From Epiperipatus broadwayi (lineage: Eukaryota; Animalia; Onychophora), in contig JAQFVV010000001.1 in assembly GCA_028023455.1 (NCBI GenBank), forward strand, positions 23,250,001 through 23,314,000: a stretch of DNA of 64,000 bases. The letters run 5' to 3'. The notes beneath the pieces were generated by a model. It did no database searches. It was given only the letters and a program-made list of their open reading frames with translations, and had not been told where the DNA came from. The position numbers were made by a program, and so were the translations under genes. Numbering within the stretch: the stretch's first letter is position 1; every line of letters begins with the position of its first letter. This document shows positions 41,276 to 55,200 of this stretch, piece after piece.

Positions 41276-41534
41276 CTATAATACACCATATACTCCTTAA
41301 ATTACACTCTACAATGTAGTTTAACATATGATTTATTTTATTTCATTCCTTACAGTTTCAACTGTCCAGCAGTCATCATCAGAGCTTTTATCTCAGTTAT
41401 AGGAGAAAGGGTACTGAGATAAAAGCTCTGATGATGACTGCTGGACAGTTGAAACTGTAAGGAAGGAAATAAAATAAATTATATGTTAAACTGCATTGTA
41501 GAGTGTAATTTAAGGAGTATATGGTGTATTATAG
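41276..41534. repeat. Near-perfect hairpin (122-bp arms, 15-nt loop)
   Basis: 41276-41397 is the reverse complement of 41413-41534 with few mismatches; 17-bp direct repeat taactgtggagcctata at 41264-41280 and 41577-41593. Confidence 0.95.
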
Positions 41535-41899
41535 TATATATAATTAAGCAATGCATATAAGAAGTGGAATGAAATTTAACTGTGGAGCCTATAGTAGGCA
41601 GAATAAAAATAAAACATTAAGATTAAATAGGCAAATAATGGTCAGAAATAGATTTGAAATCATAATAAAATTAACCAATTTCATAATAAATAATAAAAAG
41701 GAAGTATATAATCATAGAAAGCAATATCTTTAGTTTCAAGCATTGTCATAATCAAATTATATTCCCATCAGTTTAGCTAAGCAATATAAATGTTATATAA
41801 AATTAACGAAATGACCATTTGTTAGATGATGATCATGTTGATGATTATTATTAATATTATTACTATTATTATTATTACTATTATTATTATGATGATGAT

Positions 41900-43800
41900 G
41901 CTTCCAAATATAGTTTACTGATCAAAAGATGTGTTACATAGGTTTTGCAAATCTATTACAAAGGTTTTGCCAGAGTTACAAAGGTATTTCAAGTACAATG
42001 ATTGTTATTATATTAATTTGATTAACATTGCTGATTACAATACAATTATATGAACATTGGTAAGTAAGTATACATGATTGTTTTTAATGATAATTTTTTG
42101 TACAACATAGTATTGGATATACATAAAAATGTTCATAACCTTTGAATTAAAGTTCATTTGCCTTGAGTTTGACTGGTCTGGTTAGATAGCCTTCTGTGAT
42201 ATTGAACTATTATAATGAGTGTCTGGAACATAGCTTTTCATGAAGCATATGAAACATCTGAGAAGATTGTTATTACTGCCTACTCTGGTTTTGGAAGCTT
42301 ATATGTTGTATTGTTCTTTAATGAGAGACCATATGGTGGCAAAAATGTCTGAAGGGGGATGTTTTTAGTAGATGTAATTTATTGATAAATGTGATGTAAT
42401 TGTCTAACAAGAAGATGCAATGGGTGCACCAAAAGACAAATAGGGTAAATGTAGCTGCTGCACTGCAGGAATGTGTAATCTTTGGGACTGTTTTATGTGG
42501 TGCATGAAAATAGTGGGCTGCCTGTATGCATTTAACATAATTTGCCATGTGGAGTTTAGTATTTGGCAATCATTGAGAAGGTGATGTTGAGTCTCCTCAG
42601 CCTTGTGACAGTGCACAGAATGGGTCAATATTTTTTTACAGATGATACCACAAAAAAAAAGATATTGGAAGTGTGTGCAGGTTGATTATAGTTAGGAGAT
42701 CCAAAAACAAAAAAAAAGGGCATTAAAACCAAATTGGTGGAGGTGATGATTATTTATGCCAAGTAAGGAAGGAGGTCATCATTGCCAGGGTCTGGACAAA
42801 GCAGGTTATATGATTGCCAGTAAGTGTACTTGGAATTAAGGGAGAGACTGATCAGATGAGTGGTACCTAGGATTTAGTGAATAAGATTTGTGAGACATGA
42901 AATTGAAAGAGAAGGTTTATCTGTTGGGGTTACTTTCAGCAGGCACTGAAGATTTTGGAATCAGTTGGTAGTAGCTGCTACTAAGTTAATGGCTTTTTGT
43001 GTATATAACACTCAAATGCTGTACAAGCCTAGACCTTTGTATAAGAGTTGACCATTGAACCATTTTATGAATATTGATATAGTCTTCTGATCCTAGAGCA
43101 ATTTATTTCACATGGAGTTTATGGCAGAAATGAGCATCCTTGAAAATTTGATAATAGGTGCATAGTATGTGATTTTTGTCATGGAAAGAGTATTGAAGAG
43201 GTGTATCTTGAAATATGAGATATGCCTTAGAAAGTGAGTTGGTAATTTGCAGTGCAGTGACAGATAGCACCAGAGACCAGGGTGAAAAAAATCTCTTAAA
43301 TGTTGTATAACAACCTGGGAGATAGTGCTGAAAAATCCATCACTGATATTTGCTAGTGCTTCTGATGTTCACTCAATGATGGAAGGGGATGGGGCTGTTT
43401 TATATTTTAAGTCCAAATCTACAATCTCATTGACAGTAGTTTTGAAAAAATGTAGAAATGACCTTGGAATGTTTGGGATTACATAGTTGTTACTATGGAA
43501 TGTTTGTATTTTGTACTTACATCTTAGTTAACATGGAAAATTTGTGCACCATTTCTGTCATTTCCATATATTTGGTTAGGATTTGCACTTTGGTTTCTTA
43601 AGCTATTATTGTTTGAGCTTTTATCCTTGTTGCTATGGGGATTTTTAAAATTTATAGTTTGGCCTTTACAGAATGTAATATCTGAATCTATATGTTGGTT
43701 ACCATGGAGAATTTGTGCATCAGTACTGATGATATTTCTGTATGTTTGCTTTGGATTTGGATTTTTTTTGAAGCTCTTGATATTATTAGAAATTATGACC
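41900..43800 (-). mobile_element. 5'-truncated L1/Tx1-like LINE remnant (post-RT region and C-terminal CCHC)
   Basis: HCHKAEETQHHLLNDC (C..C...ET..HLL..C) in ORF 42404-42628; KGLGL motif near 43020; ATT/ATG simple-repeat tail at about 41845-41900. Confidence 0.7.
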
Positions 43801-43804
43801 TTGT

Positions 43805-43950
43805 ATTACTGCTACTACTACTCTTACTACTACTGCTACTGCTACTGCTTCTGCTGCTACTGCTACTAACTACTACTATTATTACTAACTATTACTACTA
43901 CTACTAACTATTACTACTACTACTACTATTACTATTATTATTATTATTTT
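43805..43950. repeat. Compound (ACT)n/(ATT)n microsatellite
   Basis: Directly visible. Confidence 0.95.
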
Positions 43951-46900
43951 TATTATTTCAAAAGAGCTTTATTGAAATTCAAAATAGTTACATATTTACA
44001 AAAAACATAGGTTTCATCACAAGTTTACATGGTTACTTATAACTTATTAGTAACTATATAAAAGATTACATAAAATTAAATTTGATTATATATATTGAAA
44101 GAAGTAAAAAAAAGGTTACATAAATTAATACAAGTTACAGAATGTTATATAATTCTTTGGTATCTACTTTTTTAAAGGCATTTAATATTATATACTGTAC
44201 CCTTTTGTTTAGGTCAGAATGGATTATTTCTATTAATTTTCTGGAAAATTTTAAATTTTAGAGTTAAGTAAGGGATGATGTATGTTATGTGTTGATGATA
44301 TTTTAATAATCTATTTAGGGCAAATAAAATAATTGATGTATAATATTATGTTGGTATTTAAAAGAAAACAGTTAACTAAAAATCATTATAAGATTGTATG
44401 GTTGGGAGAACTGGCCATAGGAAATACTGATTTAATAAGTCTTATAAATAATAATTAGGGTAAATTTTAAAAATAAGGCTTTAAAGTTAAATGAATAGAT
44501 TCTTCAATAAGAATAATCATATTTAATAGTTATATTTTAAAATACTTTAATTAGAAGTGATAATGTAGTGAGTAAAGTGTATATTCGATTTTATAATATT
44601 AAAATAATTATTTTAAAATTGTGCTATAATATTGAGTTATGTAATATTTTATAAATTAAATTATTTATTTTAGTTTCATTTAAATTATTAGTGGCTCATT
44701 TAGTTTTGTAAATCACGTGATGTGTAATATTCACACCTGTGCTTGAAAATAAAATAATGTTATCTGTTATAAATATTAGATTAGGTTTTAAAAATAGATA
44801 TAATAGATGAAATTAGATTTATGTTTTGTGTTGAAAATAAATACGTTAGGTTTAAAATAAAGGTAAAAATGGTAATAAATATTAAAATGTGATTTTTAAA
44901 AGTTATTTTAAAGTATTTATTAAGTGTAAATAAAACATGAAAATTAATTAAGAATTAAATAATATGATAAAAATAAATATTTAATAAATTATTATTAGTT
45001 TTAACTTTAATCTGGTGTTCGTTTCCCAGGATCCTTGGGAATAAGAATTGTTTAATGGACCAATCAAAGAGGGAGTAGGCTGAAATATATAAGAGCTGTG
45101 CAGGAATTTCCAGGTCACTTATCTCATTATACCAATATACTGTCATACCATCATTATTATTACTACAACTTCAGTAAATTAATTGGTAGAATAATAGTCA
45201 ATTTTATTTAATTTCAATTTTATAAAAGTACAGTAATCTGTTATTATAAGGACGTGGCATAGAAATGTGAGGCTAAAAAATAAGTAATTCCTTATTTGCC
45301 AATCTACTTTATCCAATTTATCATTAACTTAAGCATGGAAAAGTCATCACTAAATGTAGAAGGATTGGTGGAAATATTCAATTGTTATTATCATATTAAG
45401 CACATAATTTTGCTTGTGGTAATCAGTCATATTAATTTACAACTGAATTTCATAGAAAGAACCTGAAGGAGAAAATATAAAGAATTTCAGGAAAAATGGA
45501 AAGTAAAATGATATAAAATATTTTTATTAAGAATACTTAGTTTAAAATACGATGAAAAATGCTTTAAAAAAAAAAAAATCTTTAAATTTGACCAAGCAAT
45601 TATTTTGGAATGCTAAGATATTTCTTTCTGAAGAAATATTGAAAATAATTGAAAACTGGAATTTTTAAAAAAAAAGTATAAAAAATTAAGATCATTTGCA
45701 AATATGATTTATATCATATTTAAAAATATTCAAAATTAATAATTAGTGTGTTCTGGACATATAAAAAGTTTTCTGAGATTTATTTGTGGAAATAATTTAA
45801 GTTATTGGCAAATGATGGGGAAGTTTATTGGTTGTATCAGAAGACATTGAACCTCAGTAAATATGGAAAAGTTAGAATAATTTGAAAATTATCTTAATGA
45901 AGAATATCAGAAGTATTTAAATTCAATATTGACATAGCAATGAATACCTGAAATATTTTTAAATTTTGGAGACAAGAAAAATATTAATTATATCAGTTTG
46001 GATATTATGGATTAAAAGTAAACTTACTGTATTTAACATAAACAGTTATTTTTGAATTAGTCTTGGAGCATGCATAGTTATTGGCATCAAAAGTCTGATT
46101 ACAAATGTTTTACCAGGAGAAAAAGACACTTCCTGTAATGAACTTATTATTGAGAAAAAGAACATTTCATTGTGAGAAATTTTAATGGAGTTGTTGTAAA
46201 TATAATTTTAAATTGTTTTTTGTTTTACTAACAAATTTATAATAATGTTTATTCACAGTATAGGGATAGCGTAGGAACATAGAACATTAAATTATTTACT
46301 AACCTAGTAATTAAATTTTATTGTAAAGAAAAAACTCTTTAATAATTTAAAAAAAAAAAACTTAATATATTTTAAACTGTGATAATGGGGAATAGATGAT
46401 AATTAAAATGTTTTATTTAGTTCGTTATCCAGAAGACATCGATTAAGTAATTTCCAACAGAAATTACTTATGGTAATAATGTAACATATTAATGATTTTA
46501 TAATGTATTTTATTATTTTGTGTGTATGTATGAATGCATATATAAAACATGATACCTACACATAATTTATCATTTGTTTAGTCATTTTAAGAATATACAT
46601 AATTTTATCGATATCATAAAGATATTTAAAAATAAGGGAAATATAAGTATATGATTCTATTATAACTGAACTTGATGTTTTATTTGAATAGTTTAAAGTA
46701 TTAAAATGTGACATTGAGGCCGATTGTTTATACTTAAATTTGAGAACTACCAAAGGATGAAATAATCTTGTCTTATGAGTTAGTTAGACTGTTATTTTAA
46801 AAAAATGAATTTATTTATTATTGTAGAAATTTAGGAAGGAAGTTAGTGATGTAAGGTGATAGATCTTTAATGATAATATCTTAGTATTAGGTTACATAAG

Positions 46901-48700
46901 ACCAAGGTAATATTATATGTAGAGTTTATTTATATGGGAATAAGAGTATACTATATTAATGATTATGCAAGTATAGATAACATAGCCCTATAGCTTGTGT
47001 ATATTCATGGCAGTGTTTATTTTCTATGTGTTAAAGTTTAATGTGCCATAGTGCTGAATAAATAGCCTGGACATTATATTTGGTAGTAGAGGTTATTAGA
47101 CAAATAAGTCATACCTTATTTCGCATACACTGTGACCATGATGATTAGTTGATAAAGATGTTATTAAGTTGAAGTTATAGTTTATTCCATATACCTAGTG
47201 GTTTATTTATTATTAGAATTTTCTTGGATTACATTGTAAAGAATGGTAGTTTAAAATCAGAGATAATAAATAAGTTTGGAAATACAGGATTGTTCTTTAA
47301 GTAGATAAGATAAGTTATGTTACTTAGAGTAAAAATAAGTGTAAAAAAGAATTGTAAGAACATAATTTCATCAGTGAAAGAATCATAAAACTTCTCATAT
47401 TTAAAAATTTTTTTTTTTTTTTTATAAAATAAATACTTGATAATAAAAAGGGAATGTATAATGATATTATTTAATTATTAAGAATTTCAAAGATATACTT
47501 ATAATGCATATTTTTATTTACAAGTAAAGGTAATAGACTGAATCGTGTTTAATGAATGTAAGTAATCATAAGTTTTTATAAAAGTAGTTTTATGACAACA
47601 CACTACTTACATACAGTATATTTGAAATTTAAAGTAATAATTAGTAAGCAGCGTAGTTTGATGGTATGCTATACAGAATAATAAATTTTTTTTTAAAAGG
47701 TAAATAACAAGAGTAAGTTCATATTAAAAGTATTAACTTATATTTTTTAAAACCTATTGAATTAATAAAATTTAATAACTGTAACAAGAAATCATATAAT
47801 AATATTTTGAAAATAAGAGATATTTTAAGAAGAATGTTCTGTATCTTATATTTTAAGTCATTTAATTTGTATTAGAAAAGTACTTAAATGTGAATAAATA
47901 GAATTCTTTCAGATTGTAAATAATGTAAATAATTTTATTGTTGAGTTTGTTAATAAAATTGTTAAACTTGTTTTATAAGTCTTGGTGTTGACTCAATTTC
48001 TTCACATCACAATTACATAATCACAGATAATTATAATTAAGACATAATATTTGCACATCATAAATAAAATTGTTATTTAAGATTTATAATGTTTTATTGA
48101 TATGTTTTATTTAAGAAGTTTCATTTATTGTATTATTTTGATGGTCATGGAATAATTACTAAAGATTTACATTGAATTATATTTGTAATGATTGCCACAT
48201 ATTTTCAGGTTATAATATCATATCATAGATGTTTATTTAAGATGCCATATGAATAAGAGAAGGTTATATTACATTATTATTATGTGATATACATGAACAA
48301 CATTATAAGTAGAAAGATAGGAGAGTAAATTATAGATTAAAGATTAGTATTATTATTTTGTTATTATTAGTATTATTTAATTGTAGTTAAGAATGATATT
48401 AAATCCCTTATCATACTTGATTACAAAAGTTATAATTAATTTAGAATTATTTTAAGAGAACCTGAGATAATTTAAGTTAAATTAATTTTAATAAAGATAT
48501 TCAGATTAATTCATTAAAAGTTATGTATTTAATTAATTTTGATTAAAGATGTAAGAGTATTATAAATGTAGTATTTAAGTAATAGGAGTAGGGATAGTAT
48601 TCTTATGCCATTAAGGTGATATCCTGCAGGATATTATCTTAATGTATTCATTCTGCTACTTGTAAACTCATTTCATAGTCTCATGATTTTATTAGATATT
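43950..48700 (-). mobile_element. Highly decayed non-LTR retroelement(s)
   Basis: LINE-like strand asymmetry, T-rich tail at about 43950, weak RSITL (RPITL-like) near 46860 and a possible endonuclease start near 48620; boundaries and number of elements uncertain. Confidence 0.35.
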
Positions 48701-48799
48701 CATTTATTTAATTTTATAAAACAGAACTATATTATTATTTATTAGTTAAGCTAATTTAATCATTGATATTCTTTAAAATATAGTTATTGTTGATTTAGA

Positions 48800-50721
48800 T
48801 ACATTTTAGATGAACATAGTTATTTTCCTGAGCTAGATCAAGTGATTATAATTACATATTTCCTGGAAGTGAGGGTACAATACATATATAAATGATGCAG
48901 CTTTTGTTGCAATTAGGTTATATCATTTTAGCACTGTCTCAGTTGCTGACACATTAAGGACCAGATATCATGAAAAATGTTATATGGGGCAAATTTTCTG
49001 TCAATCTTCAGTTTAATCCAAAATGTATTAGGATTCCTTCTAGGATTATTATGTATATAAATGCATCTAGTACATCATAATGCTTACAAGATGAAGGTAC
49101 TAGCTCTAATCCTAGCAAGAATTCCTATTGTGTAGGTTTTAAAAAGATATGCAATATTAAATAAGAATTTTTAAAAAGGTTAGGAAGAGCAATGCGTATA
49201 TTATCATATCATCTACAATCATAGAATATATGCTTTTGATTTCAAAATCTTTATGACATAGGGGACAAAAAGCATCAATGTTTGTATAATTTCTTTTATA
49301 TTTATAAAAAATAAAGTGTTGGTAATGACCCCAAGTTAAGTTTTATTAGAAAATCAAAATATTTTAGCTGAAGTTTCCAGAATCTAAATTTTCTAACAAG
49401 TTGCTGATTGTTTAGATCCCAAATGGGTTTGCTTTGACTATATTGGCTTATTAATAGATATGTTTGCCAATATTTATACTTATTCGTAGGGGGACAGAAG
49501 GTTAGTTTATCTATGCTCAATAGTGGTTTTATTACATTAGCCCAACAACCAGTACCAAGCTGAGGTCTATTCGTTGGTGTAATTTTTAATGACGTAGCAA
49601 CATAATTAAATAGATTTGTAAGGGAGGTAATCAGATTAAATGTTTTCTGTATTTTAAATATATTTAATGAGTGTAGTCCTATCCCATTATGAATTAATGG
49701 ATTTTTTAGTTTCATAATAGGGATGGATGCAATGTGTCTACTCCACAGAAGTTTTTTGAGCATGGAGTAAAGAAGCAAAGAAGGCTTTAGTGTAACTGAT
49801 TATACGGCTATAATAGGTAATTCTTGTCATAATGAGCATATTAAACAATGTGACTTTAGAATAAACTGAAACGTATCACTTTGAAAGGGAGCTAATAATT
49901 TTTTCTATTTTTTCTTTAAGAGAATTCTGTATTTTTGTTCTCATTCCAGTACAACTAAGATGGAAGGGAAAACTGAAGAATGAGACAGGGTTTCCTTTAA
50001 ATTTACATTGTATTAGTTTGCCTGTATATCTGCCAACTAAATGTTTTGTGTTAAATTGAAATCTAGTTTGTATCCCTGTGAATAATGGTCTAAAAATTGT
50101 AATAATTTGGAAACATATTTTTGTGATGATAAAATAAAATAAAAAAGTCATCCATATAAATAATATATTAAATGTTATTTTTGAATTGTGGTATAAAAAT
50201 ACCAGGTACCCATTCCTCAATCACTTTAAGGAGGGGATTTATGTACACTATAAACAGTAAAACCTTAAAAGGGAAACCCTGAGGGATAGAACAATGAGGT
50301 TTAAAACCTGGTGAGTATTTTCAATTTATTGACATATGGATTTCTCTATCAATAGATTGGTGAGTATATAAATTAATGATTGGGGATAGACAACTTTGTT
50401 AAGAGGTTTATAAGTTGGTCTATTAAAATTGAATCAAATACTTTTTTTTTATATCCAACCTAGGACTATATTTTTTTATTTTCTAACAGTCTCCACAACA
50501 GACTTAAAAATAATTGCAGCTAAAGCAGTAGATGCACCTCTCTTTGCAAATTGCATTTTGACTATTGTTGGTAAGATAAAGGCTTCAATTTTATCATTTG
50601 TCACTGATTTAAGAATCTGGATGCTGAGTGGACTCATGGATATAGGACATATATTATTAATTGTAGTGATATCTCCAGATTTCTTAAGAAAGGTACAAGC
50701 AATAATGGATACAATCCAGAT
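48800..50721 (-). mobile_element. 5'-truncated L1/Tx1-like LINE (RT to C-terminus)
   Basis: KKSGDITTINNICPISM, LDIKK.FDSI, IPQGFP...YINPLL, catalytic YMDD at 50147-50158, KIEKIISSLSK, KNPLIHNGIGL, CCHC-like remnant near 48940. Confidence 0.85.
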
Positions 50722-50724
50722 TTA

Positions 50725-51268
50725 AACTAACCATGTTATAACATACACACCCATACTGGATATAACAGTAAAGGCATTTCTGATGGCATTAAGTTAAACT
50801 CTTTCAGAGTCATCTGGTGTCAAATCTAGAATGAGCGACATGTGAGCAACTTGAGTTACAGCCCATCTAAGCTGAAATATGACCACAAATGGAGTATAGT
50901 ATAGAAGGCATGTTAAATCTGAAGATTTGTGGCATCCAAAACATGGAATAAATATAAATGGAAAACTATAAACAATGACAACAGTCCCAACTAAATGCCA
51001 TGATTGTTGTTTACCATACCAGCATGTTAAATAAGGGTTGTCAGATTCTATTCCAATGAAAGTTGTAGAAATAGCATCACTAACTTGACCAATTAACATT
51101 ATATAACCAGCCATAGAATCACTGAAATATAAGACACTTTTGAAGTACACAAGAAGATAAGTAAACCATATAGAAGCATACAAGTTATTTAAGATGTCTG
51201 ATTCTGAATGAATACCATTGAATAAAAGGAAGTTGTTTTAATCTTATAATTTTGGAAGTGTCTGCCAT
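50725..51268 (-). pseudogene. MFSD12: Intronless 5' fragment of MFSD12 (MFS transporter), about 180 codons, disabled
   Basis: ASIWFTYLL...GQVSDA...WHLVGT...SFPFIF.PC.GC...LLYYTPFVVIFQ..WA.TQ.AH.SLI.DL....ERV*LNAIRNAFTV matches the MFSD12 N-terminal half; ATG at 51268; frameshift near 51195; in-frame stop at 50794-50796. Confidence 0.9.
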
Positions 51269-51443
51269 TTTACACTATATCTGACAAACAATGGTCTGCA
51301 TATATTAGTAATAATAATTCAAAATAAAGCAATTTCAATTCATACTGCTATATACTTTAATAACTACAGTATTATATTACTAATAGTGAAACAATTTCAA
51401 ATTCTAGGAAGCACATGACTTAAAGGTTAAGATTGCAGGTGAT

Positions 51444-51880
51444 GTATTATTATTATTGTTGTTGTTGTTATCATCATCATCATTATTATTATTACTATTA
51501 AAAAATTTGTATAACATTCCAATGTTTAAAAGCGAAACATTAAAAAATTCAGCCTTAGTAAGAAGCGAAACATTAAAAAATTCAGCCTTAGTAAGATTAC
51601 CTAGTAATATATTTGAAACAAATGATAGAACATTTAGGATTGCTGTACAAAAACCTACAAATGTTTTGTAAACTAGATTAACTGTGCATTTTTGTTTTTG
51701 GATGTAAAATCTGTTAAATGTACTAAAATAAATTATAAGTTATTATTAATTATTATTATCATCATCATCATTATTATTATTACTACTACAACTGCTACTA
51801 CTATATTATTATTGGTGGTGGTGGTAATGGTATTAGTAATAATAATAGTAGTAGCAATAGCAGTGGTAGTAGTAGAAGAT
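51444..51880. repeat. Two trinucleotide microsatellite tracts and a 33-bp tandem duplication
   Basis: (ATT/GTT/ATC)n at about 51444-51500 and 51740-51880; aagcgaaacattaaaaaattcagccttagtaag twice at 51530-51595. Confidence 0.92.
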
Positions 51881-52249
51881 TTTAAAAAAATATTATTAAT
51901 GATTCGAGGGTACATTTACTACTACGAGTCATTCCACTACATATGATTACATTGCAAATGAAAAGGAGAAAGTATGTATGCATGTATGCATAAAGGAAAC
52001 TGGAGTGGTAGGATAGTTAACTCATGTTGTGGTTGCATATTTTTACAGGATTATACATGATGGCAGAAATGGAGACTACAATATTCATTTGCTAATTTAA
52101 ATTTGGATATATTTTATACAATTACCTTTGATTAACTTTTGAGGGAGGGAATGTGCAGAAACATATGTATATATTATATGTTTTTTCAGTTCTTTAGTGA
52201 TATTTAGTGTTCATTTTGTTTGATAGATATATGTAATAGTTCATGTAAT

Positions 52250-55200
52250 CTGAGTTCTCAAATACCCTGTGTCATTGCTGTTAGGTAGCAATCAGTAACA
52301 TATTTCTTGTGTTGTTGATTTTAATCTTTGATATTAAGTCTTGAGTGTGTTGTTGCAGTCTTTAAGATCAAAGGTATATGGTCAGATAAAAATTCTCAAT
52401 AGTTCAGTTGTTGGCTAATGGCACGTATTTTGGAGAAATGCTTGTTGATGATATGTATTAATAGGATCATGATGGCCAATTAGAGATTTGATTGCTGTCT
52501 TAAAAATGATTAGATTGCTTCAAAGATATTAGGTTGAGCAATTTAATTATCTCTGCCTCTTGATTTGGTCAGTTTGACATTAAATGTTAATGGATGTTAT
52601 ATTGTATTGTTTTCTAAGGTGAATGTGCAATGAGTGCACCAGTATGCATAGACCACAAAAATGGCTGAGTGGATTGATGGGCCAGAACCTTTGTAATATG
52701 AGATTGTCTGAGGTGTGGTGTTGGGTTGTCTATATAGTCTTGTCTTAATATAATGAATTCTGTCTTGTTTGTTTGGCTTTGTGACATAGGAAGAAAGAGA
52801 TAAACCTTTTTGTACAGCCACTGGTATCTCAGAAAATATTAAATGGGCAGGGCACGGAGGTTTAATCTTAGCAAAAAAGTCAAAATACTTTGGATCTAGG
52901 AACTATTTTTTGAACTTATGGAGTAAATGTTCATTGTTGATTTCAAGCATTGTCAGATTGGGATCATTTCAGATTTGGAAGGATTAATGAATAAATTTAC
53001 CAGTACGAATACATCTGGTTTGAAGAGAAATTGGTGAGGATGTGGTTTTTATATAATTGATGATGGATGATAGTTGGACATATGTGCTGGGTGGTCTGTC
53101 TGTTTGGGTTATTTGAAAAAGACATTGTAACATTGGAACGAGTTTGAGTGTGACTATTATTAGGTTTGTGGCCTTCTGCAGGTGAAAAATATGAATAATA
53201 TGAAGATCAAGTCCATTTGCAAGTGAGTGATCCGCTGTTTTGCAGATATGGAAACTGATTTCCTCTCCCATAAAAGCTGGTTGCAGAGAGAAGAGATTGT
53301 GTGTTAAAATTTTTTAGAAAAAGTAATAATGAAAGAGTAATTGGTGATTATGGTTGTAATTATCTGATTAAATGGTTGGATCTTGGAAATATATGGAGAT
53401 AAGCCTTTGAGAGTGACATAGTGAATTGTTCTGTTTCTTTTTTGAGCTTGTTATGGATTTTGCTCCTCACTGCATTTGTATTCATAGTAATGAACTTTGG
53501 GGAGAAGCTTGGAAGATTGATTGTGTTGGAGTGAAGCATATGGAATTTTTGCCACTAAGTGTGATATGGATTTCATGATTCAGCAGCAAGTTAGTTGGCA
53601 TGTATAGAAAAAGACGAAGTATTATAATAGTGGTCAACATGTCAATTAATACTTTGATTACCATGGAACCAAAGGCTGCTTCGATGTCTATCTGGACTGC
53701 AACTGAAGCATATTTTTTCCAACTTCATATCAAGCTCAAAACTGCTTTGAAGATAAATGCTGTTTGTCCTGTTGATGATTGCTTTCTTACAAATTGATAT
53801 GGAGAAATCAAAAGGAGAAGATATATCTCCACTTGTCTTTAATAACTTTCTCAATGAGCTTGATGGCTAGTGGGCCCATAGTGATAGACCAAAGGTAGGA
53901 TAGTTATTGAAGCTGGTTTCTTGTTGAAAGTCACTATTGTGATTAGATAAAGGTTCTCAATGTTGTAGATTTTTTTGTGAGAGATAGTTTACAAGAACAC
54001 TTAAACCTTGAGTGGTTTAATGGCTGCAGTGCTCCTACACAAATTTTACTATTCCATGAGTACTTGGATGACATGCATTTGTAGAGTATTAAATTTGGTT
54101 GTGAATTTATTAGTGGTAAATGGTGTTATTTGTTTGAGGTGAATGAATGGTTGATGAGTTTAAAATTTCTGTTTGAAATGCTTGTATATAGGTTCAATTG
54201 TATGATGTGATGCATGTGAGAAGGTTCTTATTTTTACTCTAATGATGGAGGGAAAGCCCAGGGCCCCTCTGATATAGTCTTTAGTCCATGTATATTGTTG
54301 ACTGAGGCAGATTTGCATTTTTGAATGCCTAGGTAGTCTTTAAGCTCCACACATGTTGTTATATGCCTGGGTGAGCTTATGTATATTCTGGTATGTGTTG
54401 TGAGTAGGTTCAGACCTCATTATACACTTATGTAGTTCACCAGACAGAGTTAAAAGCCTGTTTGGTGGGATGTTTTTTATGGTGATGTGATTAATGTTAA
54501 ATGAAAGTACATTTATGTAGGCCTGGTAACTTTGCTCAGCACTTAGTTGTAGTTCTTCAAGTTTGTGAAGCATAATATATATTTTGAAAAAAAGGAATTC
54601 TGGAGTGGATGCAGGACATAGATTTGTCATTGTTTTCTTAAGGGGTGATGCAGTTAGTTGAATTTCAACTAGGTTGAGTATTGCAGTTTGTAGAGAGTAC
54701 TCTCAGAATGGAGATGGATTGAGATCCAAGTGGATGTAGTGATGTAATATTGGCAAATAGAAGCAACGGTCAATTAATGATGTGTGACAGTTATACTGCT
54801 ATTTGATAAAACCATTTGGAGATTAAGTCTGTGTATTTCATGTTATGTTAAATTCTCCCATGAGGATGGTTGGATAAGGGGTTGATACTAGTAATTAATT
54901 GATTGTAATATATTGGATGTGGTGATGTTTTCAGGTGGAAATAGGTAAATATAATGTTGAGTGTTTGTCCAATGATTAAAAGTTGTTATTAACAGATTTG
55001 CATCAACATATATGATCTTAAATGATGTGAATGGACAGCCTGGAATTATAAGTAAACCAGTGCCATCTGAAAGTGGTGATGTGTCCTTGGAGCAAGCAAT
55101 GAAAGCCTGTATAAAGTTGCATTGTGACCTACTGTATATTTTTGTCTCCATAAGCTTCTAATATATGTGGCTGTGTGTTTCTAGCCATTGTCTAAGGTGG

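Noticed and set aside
50429-50725. 98-aa plus-strand ORF
   Set aside because: Antisense to the LINE RT frame.
51530-51595. 33-bp exact tandem duplication
   Set aside because: Two copies only; ordinary slippage or repair duplication.
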